Positions 27,337 to 37,045 of a stretch of 64,000 nt of DNA are shown here, in pieces; position 1 is the stretch's first letter, and each line of letters opens with the position of its first letter. The position numbers were made by a program, and so were the translations under genes. Origin of the DNA: a bacterium (lineage in GTDB: Bacteria; Patescibacteriota; Dojkabacteria; SC72); NCBI GenBank assembly GCA_021463465.1, contig JAJTYH010000002.1, positions 201,799 through 265,798 on the forward strand, in the 5' to 3' direction. Below the pieces are notes generated by a model. That model was given only the letters and a program-made list of their open reading frames with translations. It had not been told where the DNA came from and made no database searches.

Positions 27337-29893
27337 CTCTATCCTTTCCCTCCTCTACTACTGGAACTATATCGTTGGACTGTTCTTCTACAACCATCAG
27401 TGGATTTACAGGATTATCAACAACCATAAGATTATCCTTGAGCTTGTCATGTCTTTCCCTGCGTCCCTCTTTTGGGCCAGATTTTACTTCCAAAGACCTA
27501 TTACCTTTTTCACTATATTTCTGCTCACTCCATCTCTTAATCTTATCTTCTATTGTCTCCTGATCAACCGAATACTGCTGCCTGCTCGAAGCTACAATTT
27601 CATTCTTTAGCCCAAATTTCTGGTATCGGAGATCCAAAGATTTAGCACTAAAAGGCTTTGACGTCATTCCGTTAATACATAATTTCACATAGATTGAATG
27701 TGCCTCGAGCGAAACTAAATCTTCTGCCTGGAATATTGGTGCGAATTCATTAGCTAAAATGGAAGCGTCAGATTGCGAAACAACAAAAGATGCCAACGTT
27801 CCAACGTTACCAAAAATAGCTTGTCTGACGGTCAAAGGTAACTGGTCAATATACTGGTTAGTCATTGTAAGGTTTAAGCGGAATTTGCGCGCTTCAGACA
27901 GAATCTTTGCAAATGAATCTGTAGCAAAGTTCTGGAACTCATCAACATATAGGAAGAAGTCTCTTCGTTGATCTATAGGTAAATCTACCCTCTCCATTGC
28001 AGTTGATTGGAGTCGAGTAATTATCATTCCTCCCAAGAGTGCGGAACTTTCCTCTCCCAACTTACCTTGAGCCAGATTAACCAAGAGAATTTTCCCTTCG
28101 TCCATAATCTTACGCAAATCAATAGTAGATTTAACTTGACCGACAATATTTCTTATAACCGCCGAAGAAAGAAATCTTCCAACCTTGTTTTGAATAGGTG
28201 CGATAGCTTCTGTAACTAGCTTAGGGTTTTGTGACATCTGAGCATACTCTTCCTCCCAGAATTTCGTAAGGATTGGATCTTTGACCTGTTTAAGAACGAA
28301 CTTGCGGTAGTTACGATCCATCAACAGTCTGATAACAGATAAGAGGGTCGTTCCTTGCGCCTCCAGAGCTGTTGCTACAGTGTTTGTAAGCAGATATTGC
28401 AATCTAGGACCCCATGAGAAGTCAAACTGCTTCTTGAACACTTCAACCACGCCATCAGCCACCAAATCTCGTTGAGCTGGATCGTTAAGTTGTAACAAGT
28501 TGAAACCTACTGGATATTTTGAATCTCCTGGATTAAAGTACACTACATCCTTCAGTCGATCCTGGGGAATGTAGTCCAAAAGTTCGTCAACAGTATCTCC
28601 ATGCGGATCAATAAAGCAAGCTCCATCCCCTGCAAGAATGTCAGATATAAACATATTTTTAAAGACTGTGGACTTACCTACACCAGTTTTACCCAATATA
28701 TAGAAGTGTCTACGTCTGTCTTCTCGTCTAATACCAAATTGTATCTTCTGGCCACGATAATCCGTTTGCCCAAAGACATTCACATCATCCATTCCCGAAA
28801 CTGGCAAGTCCATAGGGGGTTCAGCCTTACGTGCCCTACTCCAGATAATATTTGGTGTCTCTACTGAGATGTTTGGAAGATGGTAAACCGAAGCTAACTC
28901 CTCAATGTTTAGAATATCTGGAGTATCCTTTTCTAGGAACCTACTAATGTATTCATCATACATCTGCTCTCCACCCTTACCCTGATCACTATGAATAAAG
29001 CTATTAAGATGAGCAGTTGTAAACTGTTTAAATGATGCAACTACATCCCGCAAAATCTGTTCGGACCTTAACTGGTCTCCTGCCTTCGTCACCACCCTAA
29101 TTCCTACATCGAAACCTAACTTGAGCATCTTTGTTTCAACCTGTGTAAGTTCTTCCTGTTGACCTGGAGCCAACTTAACCACGTCTTTTTTAACTGCAGC
29201 ACCGTCAGTACTAGTCTGCAAGCTTTTAGCCATTGCTCCAACAAACCCTGAAATCATATCCAAAAGACTTTTACCACCTAATGATTCACCTTCCTTTATA
29301 GCTGTGATGTACTTCTTGGAGGCTTCCTGCCAATAATTGGACACTGGACGCACAATAAGCTGCACCCAAGCCTCTTCACCTACTTTAAGTCCTGAAATAG
29401 CAGAAGTAATTGCAGAAAGTGGATCTACTTCAAAATTCCTAAAAGTCTTTATCGGGAAAATGTAATCTTTGTCATACTCTATTACACCTGTGGAAACATA
29501 TACCTGCCCTTCTGAGCGCACCTGCGTGTAATCTGATACCAAACGAATCTCTGCATTAGGATACTGTGCATAAATCTGCCCTTCAACAAATTTCACTAGA
29601 TGGTCAGGAGCAACAGCAAAGAATCGGATCCCTCCCTCACCTGTTGAGACAATTTCAAATGAAATCATATCCATAGATTTCTTGCTATCACGCATAATTC
29701 CGTGAAGTGAGGAAAACATCTGTTCGGCAGCTAGCGGCGTCTTATCATTCTCTCTTGGAACCAGAATCTGTAGCACTTGAAGGTTACGAATACTTTCAAA
29801 AACATTCACTGGTTCTGGCTTTTTGCCCACCGTAAAGACAAACACCAGAAAAAGTGCTGAAAGGACGAGTAGTAGGAATATCAACCCAACCAT
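27329..29893 (-). CDS. Membrane-anchored FtsK/HerA-superfamily ATPase, VirD4/TraG/TrwB coupling-protein-like
   Basis: N-terminal TM plus ~380-aa unknown domain. Walker A ILGKTGVGKST, DPHGD motif, Walker B FFLYVDEFQNF. ARKFRL...TNQYIDQL matches the TraG-D_C/arginine-finger region. Confidence 0.6.
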   Translation of the reverse strand: MVGLIFLLLVLSALFLVFVFTVGKKPEPVNVFESIRNLQVLQILVPRENDKTPLAAEQMFSSLHGIMRDSKKSMDMISFEIVSTGEGGIRFFAVAPDHLVKFVEGQIYAQYPNAEIRLVSDYTQVRSEGQVYVSTGVIEYDKDYIFPIKTFRNFEVDPLSAITSAISGLKVGEEAWVQLIVRPVSNYWQEASKKYITAIKEGESLGGKSLLDMISGFVGAMAKSLQTSTDGAAVKKDVVKLAPGQQEELTQVETKMLKLGFDVGIRVVTKAGDQLRSEQILRDVVASFKQFTTAHLNSFIHSDQGKGGEQMYDEYISRFLEKDTPDILNIEELASVYHLPNISVETPNIIWSRARKAEPPMDLPVSGMDDVNVFGQTDYRGQKIQFGIRREDRRRHFYILGKTGVGKSTVFKNMFISDILAGDGACFIDPHGDTVDELLDYIPQDRLKDVVYFNPGDSKYPVGFNLLQLNDPAQRDLVADGVVEVFKKQFDFSWGPRLQYLLTNTVATALEAQGTTLLSVIRLLMDRNYRKFVLKQVKDPILTKFWEEEYAQMSQNPKLVTEAIAPIQNKVGRFLSSAVIRNIVGQVKSTIDLRKIMDEGKILLVNLAQGKLGEESSALLGGMIITRLQSTAMERVDLPIDQRRDFFLYVDEFQNFATDSFAKILSEARKFRLNLTMTNQYIDQLPLTVRQAIFGNVGTLASFVVSQSDASILANEFAPIFQAEDLVSLEAHSIYVKLCINGMTSKPFSAKSLDLRYQKFGLKNEIVASSRQQYSVDQETIEDKIKRWSEQKYSEKGNRSLEVKSGPKEGRRERHDKLKDNLMVVDNPVNPLMVVEEQSNDIVPVVEEGKDRGE

Positions 29894-29935
29894 AGTAGTA
29901 GATAATAGCGAATATCGGTATTTTGTACAATCAAA

Positions 29936-31159
29936 TTACTTCCAGACTGCCTCTACTTCCATATCCTTACCCAACACTACAACAATGTCTGCGGTAGTCA
30001 TAAAATCAGGTCGGGAATGAACGGTAGTAGACGGTACTACAATAAGTTTTTTAACCACTTCAAGCGATTTAGGGAAAGTTTCAGGTTTAGGGACATACAC
30101 GACAGTATGATCTTGTGGCGAAGGTGCATTCTCATACCTAACAACATCAACCCCTGAGTTTTGGAATTTTCGGAAATATCTGCTGGCTAACCCTTCAATC
30201 TCACTAGCATTGTATACCTCTATCTTAACCTGCTCGCGCTCAATATCCCTGCCCTTAAGATTTTTTACTATTTCTGAAAGTTTTTGATCCACCTGACTGT
30301 AATTAACTAGGTTAATATCAAGACCTGAGGATGTTTTAGATGCGGTTGTAGCCCACAGTTGTCCCAAATCAACCATATGTAGTTGAGAAGAATTCAACGT
30401 AGTTTTAAGCTCATCAATCTTAATCAAAAGATCAGCAAGTGAAAGATTTGTACTTATTCCCTGAATTAAATGCTTGTATTCATTCTGATTCATGACCAGC
30501 TTTAGAAATGAGAACTTATCAAAAACCGAATTAATGGTAAATGATGGCTCAGTCATAAGATCTCCTTCTATATATAAGGAGGAATAGTTAGACTTTTCAA
30601 ATTCTGATACATCGCCAAACATATGTGAAAATGCTGTCAAAGAATTTGAATCAAACCAGATATATGAATCAGGCGTCATACCTGTAAGGTTGCCTAACTG
30701 CCAAACCGCATACTCTATCTTCCTGGGCTGAGAAATCGTATCACCAACAAACTTCAAATCCCCGACTGACACATACTCAGAAATCCTGTTAAGATATTCT
30801 CTCATGTATACCCTCGGAGGTATTGAGTAAACCACAACAAAACCACTTCTTAAATTCTTAACTATATACCAAGCACCCAAAATCTTGGACTGACCATTGT
30901 CGTCCAAGACAACTAATGTGCTAGTTAGATCATCTCGAGTTATCATCAGCTTTGATTTTGCCTCATCAGAAAGGCTTTTTTGCGGTTTTGCTTGCAAAAA
31001 ACCATATGACCAATAGCCAGCGATAGCTAAAAGTATCGCGAAGAAGGTTGATAACACAAAAGTAATAATCACTCCCCACTTTTTTTGTTTTTTGACAGAC
31101 CCCACTCCCACTCGACTTAACACTCGGCTATGACTTCGTGCAGTAATTTTTTTAGACAT
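29936..31159 (-). CDS. Membrane-anchored extracellular protein, LytR-CpsA-Psr (LCP)-like
   Basis: N-terminal TM. ITRDDLTSTLVVLD...VVYSIPPRVYM resembles the LCP RxDT...SIPRDTYV core. Same strand as, and upstream of, the ATPase. Confidence 0.4.
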   Translation of the reverse strand: MSKKITARSHSRVLSRVGVGSVKKQKKWGVIITFVLSTFFAILLAIAGYWSYGFLQAKPQKSLSDEAKSKLMITRDDLTSTLVVLDDNGQSKILGAWYIVKNLRSGFVVVYSIPPRVYMREYLNRISEYVSVGDLKFVGDTISQPRKIEYAVWQLGNLTGMTPDSYIWFDSNSLTAFSHMFGDVSEFEKSNYSSLYIEGDLMTEPSFTINSVFDKFSFLKLVMNQNEYKHLIQGISTNLSLADLLIKIDELKTTLNSSQLHMVDLGQLWATTASKTSSGLDINLVNYSQVDQKLSEIVKNLKGRDIEREQVKIEVYNASEIEGLASRYFRKFQNSGVDVVRYENAPSPQDHTVVYVPKPETFPKSLEVVKKLIVVPSTTVHSRPDFMTTADIVVVLGKDMEVEAVWK

Positions 31160-31522
31160 GACTAACTACATAATAGGCCATATATTTGGGCAAAACAACA
31201 CACCCTATAACCTAAGTGCCACCGTTTCACCCCCCCCGACACCACATACTCTCCACCCTTCGGTACCGTTACCGTAAAGTTACGAGACAGGGTCGCTGTA
31301 CTGAAACTTACCAACTACGTAAATACTTATCACCCCTACCCTCTCCAGGTTGATTCGTCAGTAGAAACAATATCTAAACTAGAATATCCAAGAACAATCC
31401 GCAGTTCAAATAATGTACTCTCCAAAAGTATCCTTTTGTAACGGCGTTTAGGGATTTAGCACTATTATCAACGTATCCCCTTCTAAACTATCTTCTCACC
31501 GAAGAGTTTACCTATAGGAAAA

Positions 31523-32470
31523 CTATATAAGACTAAAGGTGTGGGTAACATCAGGCGCTGTCTCAATACTCAACAGAATCTGTTCAAGCTCAATTCCACT
31601 TCTTAACTTACCCTTAGTGTCACCGTACAGTACATCGCCCTGAATACACCACCCTAATTTCTTCAATGTAGCTCTAATCTGATGATTCCGCCCCGTTTTA
31701 ATACATATAAGCACGAAATCTCCATCAAGTGGCAATATATAACTCAATGCTGATCTACCATGATCATCCGAAAGTACCATGCGCATTCTATTAGCCTTAT
31801 CTCTCATTATTTTCCCCTCAACCTGTATCCATCTTTCATTGGGCTTCAAGCCATTTTGAACAAACTTAGCTACTTCGTCCTTTGCTTTGTACTTTGACTT
31901 CATTAACGGCTTATTTAGAGCCACGACTCGACCCAGATAAAGCTTTGCTACCTTTCTTTGCTCGAACTGATTTTGTAAAAAGATTTGAGTTTCACGGGTC
32001 TTTGCGCATAGTAAGATACCAGAAACCACTTTATCTAATCGATGGACTATCCCTCCCCGTTTAATATTAGGGTCATATTCTCCTTTATCTGTCAGGTACG
32101 CTTTCAAATAATTGGCTATAGTATTGTTCTCATTCCCTATTCCAGGGTGCACGGCGACTCCCTTTGGTTTGTTTAGCACAATATACTCGCTCGTCTCCTC
32201 AAGGATTTTTAGATCACCTTTTACAGCTTCAAGCTTATCCTGTCCAGGTTGTCCTAACACACTACTCAGTAAAGCATCATCAACCTCTACTAAATCACCT
32301 TCAGATAATTTCAAACCCTTTTTCCCAGCCTTTTTATTAACCTTTACTGCCTCAGAAATTACAGAAGCTAGAGCTGAGCGGGTAACAGGAAAAGGGATTA
32401 AAAGGCTCTGCAATAAGAAACTATCCAGCCTCAGACCTGCCTGAGCAGTTCTCACTTCATACCTGGTCAT
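31523..32470 (-). CDS. rluD: RluA-family 23S rRNA pseudouridine synthase (RluD-like)
   Basis: S4-like N-terminus; HRLDKVVSGILLCAKT catalytic motif. Confidence 0.8.
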   Translation of the reverse strand: MTRYEVRTAQAGLRLDSFLLQSLLIPFPVTRSALASVISEAVKVNKKAGKKGLKLSEGDLVEVDDALLSSVLGQPGQDKLEAVKGDLKILEETSEYIVLNKPKGVAVHPGIGNENNTIANYLKAYLTDKGEYDPNIKRGGIVHRLDKVVSGILLCAKTRETQIFLQNQFEQRKVAKLYLGRVVALNKPLMKSKYKAKDEVAKFVQNGLKPNERWIQVEGKIMRDKANRMRMVLSDDHGRSALSYILPLDGDFVLICIKTGRNHQIRATLKKLGWCIQGDVLYGDTKGKLRSGIELEQILLSIETAPDVTHTFSLI

Positions 32471-33300
32471 ATTTTTACCGGTTGATTAGCTGAAATGCTC
32501 ACAGAACGAGTTCGATACTCAGTTTTAATCTTTACCTCTTTTCTAAACACATCCACAATAAATATGAGGTGAGCCAATACAGCAAAAATCACAAATGCGT
32601 ACATATTGTACCTGTCCCAATCGGTAATCTCACTGCTTAAAAGTGCCGAAGGCACATATAAACAGATAATTGAGGTGAAAAAGAATATGAGAAGGTAGTT
32701 AAGTCTCTCCCACAACCTTGTAAGTGAATCGTGAAGTGCCTTACCCAAAGTCCTTGCAAGGATGAAATATACCAAACAAACACCTAGGATTACCCCTCCC
32801 TGGGTAAGAACTACACTACTTCCAATAAGGAAACCGAAAATCGAAAGTAACACACCTAGATATACAGCTCCTCCTGAGATTACTGCAGGAAAAACTTCTC
32901 GCCATCTCCAGCGCTTATATGCTAAACAGAATAGTGTTGCAGCAAAAATAAAACCGACAAAGAGTCCTGTGAAAAGAAACTCTCCATCCCATACCCTGAA
33001 ATACCTCCATGGGAGTAATCTAAAAAGATAAAATCCGTCTGGATAACGTTCATAGGGAATCAGCGACCAGATCAAACCATCATAATCAATTGGTTTGGTA
33101 AGAATGTAGCTTACGCGCCCCCAAATCACTGCAATTATTAACGAGAAAAGATATCCATCAAATATAGAGTTCTTGTTTTTGTGAGTAAATCTGGCTTCTC
33201 TCCAGTAAACATAAACTGAAACTAGTGTTGCAAAAAGAATAATAGGCAAAAAACCTAGTTGGAAAAGAAGTTCTCTTGTTTGACTCAAAACAACATCCAT
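32467..33300 (-). CDS. lgt: Prolipoprotein diacylglyceryl transferase-like membrane protein
   Basis: 7-TM topology and IWGRVSYIL (Lgt GxRxxY-like signature); length typical. Assignment is tentative. Confidence 0.4.
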   Translation of the reverse strand: MDVVLSQTRELLFQLGFLPIILFATLVSVYVYWREARFTHKNKNSIFDGYLFSLIIAVIWGRVSYILTKPIDYDGLIWSLIPYERYPDGFYLFRLLPWRYFRVWDGEFLFTGLFVGFIFAATLFCLAYKRWRWREVFPAVISGGAVYLGVLLSIFGFLIGSSVVLTQGGVILGVCLVYFILARTLGKALHDSLTRLWERLNYLLIFFFTSIICLYVPSALLSSEITDWDRYNMYAFVIFAVLAHLIFIVDVFRKEVKIKTEYRTRSVSISANQPVKI

Positions 33301-34010
33301 TAATTCTTCTTTTTGTTGCCCTTCTTCTTGTTAGGTTTAGGGGTAGATTTAACTTTCTTCTTTCCTAAAACTCTGTCCCCGATATCTTTAACGAAAGCGG
33401 CAAAATCTTTACGAACCTTGCTGACAACCCCATGCCTATCAACGTATTTGGTCTGATCACCTTCAACTACTTTAATTGCCTCTTCCTTGGCTTTATTTAC
33501 CTCGGTAGCCATTTGCTCAACACTCTCAACCTTTTCTGTAACTTTAACTACATCCTCAAAAGGAGCCCTACAAAAGGGACAAAATCTGTAGCTCTTATCA
33601 ACCCATATATTGCAACCCTTGCACTGCTTCTTGATATCGTAACCACATCTTGGACAGATATTAAAACCCGGTTGGAAACTAAGTTTACAGTTAGGACAAT
33701 CTCCTAATTCAGATGTCTCGTACTTCAGATATCTTCTTTCCAAATCAGCCCAGTACAAGTCCTGGATAGTCTGTTTAGGCCTAACAATCAAGTAAACAAT
33801 AAGACCAACGACATTAAAGACAGCAACCAAAACCGTACTCGTAACTCGCACCAGGAGATTAGTAGTTCTTTCACCAGAATCAACCCAAATCCAACCCACG
33901 ACGATAATCCAGAATCCTATGAAAAGGAACTGTATGAGCATTATCATCAAAGAAAAATCAGTATTGCTGATATTTTCAACAAAAGCTAGGAGAGCTTGTT
34001 CGAGATTCAT
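33300..34010 (-). CDS. Membrane protein with a double zinc-ribbon and a Lys-rich C-terminal tail
   Basis: Two TMs, then CPNCK...CPRCG...CKGCN...CPFCR (four CxxC pairs). KKKVKSTPKPNKKKGNKKKN tail. Confidence 0.5.
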   Translation of the reverse strand: MNLEQALLAFVENISNTDFSLMIMLIQFLFIGFWIIVVGWIWVDSGERTTNLLVRVTSTVLVAVFNVVGLIVYLIVRPKQTIQDLYWADLERRYLKYETSELGDCPNCKLSFQPGFNICPRCGYDIKKQCKGCNIWVDKSYRFCPFCRAPFEDVVKVTEKVESVEQMATEVNKAKEEAIKVVEGDQTKYVDRHGVVSKVRKDFAAFVKDIGDRVLGKKKVKSTPKPNKKKGNKKKN

Positions 34011-34038
34011 GGTTTTTAAATTACAATTAAGTTTTAAC

Positions 34039-34122
34039 TGGTCGGAGAGGGAGTTGAACCCTCACACTATTGCTAGTACGGGATTTTGAGTCCCGCGTGT
34101 CTGCCAATTCCACCATCCGACC
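34039..34122 (-). tRNA. tRNA-Leu (anticodon CAA)
   Basis: Minus-strand sequence GGTCGGATGGTGGAATTGGCAGACACGCGGGACTCAAAATCCCGT...GGGTTCAACTCCCTCTCCGACCA. 7-bp acceptor, anticodon loop CTCAAAA, long variable arm, discriminator A. Confidence 0.85.
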
Positions 34123-34143
34123 ACGCAGTGGATTATATCTGAA

Positions 34144-35481
34144 TTACTTTGATTTGTCCTCTTTTGGAGCCTTCTCTTTATACAGGTTGCGGTAGCTTGC
34201 CAGCTCTTTTACGAAGGCAATGTCTACGTTACCAGTCGGACCGTTTCTGTGTTTGGCTAAAATCAGTTCAGCAATACCTTTACGTTCGGTATCTGGGTTG
34301 TAAGTTTCTTCTCTATCAATAAAAATTACCACATCAGCATCCTGTTCAATCGACCCTGAATCGCGTAAATCCGATAGTTGTGGTCTTCTGGAGGTTCGAC
34401 TTTCCACTGCACGAGAAAGCTGAGAGAGAGCAATTACAGGTACTTCTAACTCTCTAGCTATATTTTTGAGTCCCTGAGAAATTTCAGAAACCTCCTGAGT
34501 TCTCCCCTCACGACTGCTTCCATGTAGTAGCTGAAGATAGTCCACAATGATTAGGTCAATTCCCCGTTCTAAGGCCAATCTTCTGGCTTTGGTTCTTATC
34601 TCATTAATATGCTGTCCAGGAGTATCATCGACCATTACAACTCCTTCTGCTAACTCACCCATCGCATCCGCATACTTAGCAAACATTTCATCGGTCATTT
34701 TTCCTGTTCTCGTATCCCAGAAAGGGATTCCGGACTGCATACTAATTAATCGATCAATAATCTGTACACGCGACATTTCCAGCGAGAAGATAACAACCTT
34801 CTTCTTTTCAGAAAGTGAGGCATGCCTGACTACGTCCAATGCCAATGAGGTCTTACCTACCGAAGGTCTAGCTGCAAGAATTATCAAGTCGGATTTTTGC
34901 ATACCACCTAGCAGTGCATCCAAATCTCTAAATCCTGTAGAGATGCCTAAATAGCTTTCTTCATGTTCTGCCCTCTCTGCACGCTCATAAGCTTCCTTGA
35001 GTAGGTCTTTGATATGTACAAAATTGGTCTTTACACCCACTTGAGCTACATCGAAAAGAAGCTTCTCTGAATTATCAACTACATCTTTTAACTCCTGACT
35101 TTCATCAAATGCCAGTTCAGTTATCTCCGCAGCAGATTGAATAAGTCCCCTTCGAACTGCATTAGCTTTAACAATCTCTCCGTACTCACTAGCATGAGCA
35201 CTTGTAGGCACCATAGCTACCAGATCGGCTAAGTATGCTTTACCCCCTACTTTCGTGAGTACACCTTTCCCTTTAAGCTTATCTGATAGTGTGACCAGGT
35301 CTATTGGTAAACCTTGTTCAAAAAGTTCAATGATATTCTCAAAGATTAAACTATGACGCTGTTCATAAAAATGAGGTGGCAATAACCAACCAGCCACATT
35401 AATCACTGCTTCCTTATCCAACAACATCGCGCCAAGCACCGACTGCTCGGCTTCGACATTTTGTGGCGGCAATTTAGACAT
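34144..35481 (-). CDS. dnaB: Replicative DNA helicase DnaB
   Basis: N-terminal QNVEAEQSVLGAML, Walker A ARPSVGKTSLAL, RecA-like C-terminal domain. Confidence 0.95.
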   Translation of the reverse strand: MSKLPPQNVEAEQSVLGAMLLDKEAVINVAGWLLPPHFYEQRHSLIFENIIELFEQGLPIDLVTLSDKLKGKGVLTKVGGKAYLADLVAMVPTSAHASEYGEIVKANAVRRGLIQSAAEITELAFDESQELKDVVDNSEKLLFDVAQVGVKTNFVHIKDLLKEAYERAERAEHEESYLGISTGFRDLDALLGGMQKSDLIILAARPSVGKTSLALDVVRHASLSEKKKVVIFSLEMSRVQIIDRLISMQSGIPFWDTRTGKMTDEMFAKYADAMGELAEGVVMVDDTPGQHINEIRTKARRLALERGIDLIIVDYLQLLHGSSREGRTQEVSEISQGLKNIARELEVPVIALSQLSRAVESRTSRRPQLSDLRDSGSIEQDADVVIFIDREETYNPDTERKGIAELILAKHRNGPTGNVDIAFVKELASYRNLYKEKAPKEDKSK

Positions 35482-35490
35482 AGCTCCAAA

Positions 35491-36186
35491 CTAGTTTAAA
35501 AATACAATTTCCATTGCACTTTCATCTTCCTCAATCCTCGCAGTAACCTTAAGAGTTTTCTCTTCTCTTGGGTTGGAATAACCGAAATGATGCATGAATT
35601 CTTCCTTGCTCTTTAAACCTTCGACTCCTTTAAGTTCATCAGATTTGAAGCCGTAAGGTACTAAAACCCCTGGTTCAATCTCCGAAATGATTTCACCAAG
35701 TAAATCATAGTCTAAGAAAATCTCTCCATTTCCAACAGGGGCAATTAATACATCAACATTTCCTAAGTCTTTGAATACCTTCAAATCAGATCCTTTAGAA
35801 TCCAATCCTACATAAACAATACGGGAGTATCCTGAATCAAAAATATAGTAAGGAGTTCCAATGGGTCGTTGTATCAAAAGTTGACTAATTTCAAACTCAC
35901 CAGCTCCGTTCACCTCAAAGATTTCAGATTTTTTCTTAGGAACCAGTTTTTCAAACCCTTTGAGCAAATTAGCCTTCCCTCCAAGTTTCTTTTGTGAGAA
36001 AACAGCCAAATCGACCTCAGTTTTAGGGAATTTTGTACCGAAATCTACTGAAGCAAGTGGGTCAGTAGCTACAGTTACATCGTCAGTAGAAATTTCAAAA
36101 GAGATGGCGTTAATTCTTCTTACTTTCATTTCAGTTTCAGGAGTACAAAATAATGTTAGTAATGAGTATACCAAAGAGTCACTCAA
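35491..36186 (-). CDS. Hypothetical protein (possibly a degenerate MBL-fold); start uncertain
   Basis: No HxHxDH motif. An alternative ATG at 36129 would remove the overlap with the sortase gene. Confidence 0.35.
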   Translation of the reverse strand: MSDSLVYSLLTLFCTPETEMKVRRINAISFEISTDDVTVATDPLASVDFGTKFPKTEVDLAVFSQKKLGGKANLLKGFEKLVPKKKSEIFEVNGAGEFEISQLLIQRPIGTPYYIFDSGYSRIVYVGLDSKGSDLKVFKDLGNVDVLIAPVGNGEIFLDYDLLGEIISEIEPGVLVPYGFKSDELKGVEGLKSKEEFMHHFGYSNPREEKTLKVTARIEEDESAMEIVFLN

Positions 36187-36655
36187 TACTCACTAGTTTA
36201 GCCACTACAACTAGCCGCTTAATTGGATTAAATATCGGAGTACAGGTAATTAAGGTCAATAAACTTTCCTGACTCCCATGTGTTACCCATAAATCTTCCG
36301 GTGTAACTACAAGTATGCTTTCTACTACATATCGCCTTCTTCCACTTTCTAAAGTGAGGTACACACTATCCCCTTTCATAACATGCTCAAGTTTAGCAAA
36401 AGCCGAATCCAATGGATTGTTATGCGTAAAACTGTGACCGTAGACCACCAGATTATTTCCTTTTCGAGAAACAGGATCCAATAGAACTCGATTGCCTTTA
36501 CTTAATATTGACATCGAATATCCTTCAACTACATCAGCAGTTATCCCTAAAGAAGGAATCTCCAACACATGCGAGGCTAGTCTAGGCAAGGGAAATTCAA
36601 AAATAGCTAGACTTAGTAACGAGATGGCGCATACGAAAAGTTTAGAGCTAAACAC
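36179..36655 (-). CDS. Sortase-family transpeptidase
   Basis: N-terminal signal/anchor. VVYGH (catalytic His) and LTLITCTP (TLxTC catalytic Cys). ~158 aa. Confidence 0.7.
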   Translation of the reverse strand: MFSSKLFVCAISLLSLAIFEFPLPRLASHVLEIPSLGITADVVEGYSMSILSKGNRVLLDPVSRKGNNLVVYGHSFTHNNPLDSAFAKLEHVMKGDSVYLTLESGRRRYVVESILVVTPEDLWVTHGSQESLLTLITCTPIFNPIKRLVVVAKLVSIE

Positions 36656-36694
36656 TTAGTAAAGAGTAGCTTACGGTAATTATCCTAGGGTGAA

Positions 36695-36922
36695 CTATTT
36701 AAGGAGTGTAACGACACTGTCCAATTGAGCTAAAAGGCTCTCTTTCATCTGTTTTTTTACTAACTCTAACTTTAGACTATTCAATGACGAAATAACAGCC
36801 TCAATCTGAATCAGAACTTTATGAATATCCTGCTCATTATTAATGAGTTTTTCAATCCCACGAATCTGACCTTCAATCCTATGAAGTCGATCTTGGAATG
36901 TAGACGGTCCTTTTTTAGCCAT
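36695..36922 (-). CDS. CsoR/RcnR/FrmR-family (DUF156) small regulator lacking the canonical metal-ligand Cys
   Basis: RLHRIEGQIRGIEKLI matches the family signature (R-x-x-RIEGQ-x-RG). 75 aa, all-helical, no Cys. Confidence 0.55.
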   Translation of the reverse strand: MAKKGPSTFQDRLHRIEGQIRGIEKLINNEQDIHKVLIQIEAVISSLNSLKLELVKKQMKESLLAQLDSVVTLLK

Positions 36923-37045
36923 TTAAAAAGAAAAGCACATTTAAGTACCGAGAGTATATTATACCCGGGAGGGTATCGTCAAAGGAAACCAGCTATAAGA
37001 CTCTGATGACAAAGGTAAACCTTAGACTGTATACTGATTAAACAT

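Noticed and set aside
31160-31522. Possible RNase P RNA, tmRNA or SRP RNA in the 363-bp gap.
   Set aside because: Minus-strand reading shows no P4 (AGGAAAGTCCGGGC / ACAGAA...GGCTTA) motifs, no tRNA-like 3' end with ACCA, and no SRP domain-IV GGAA/AGCAG motif. The region is kept only as a generic regulatory or ncRNA candidate.
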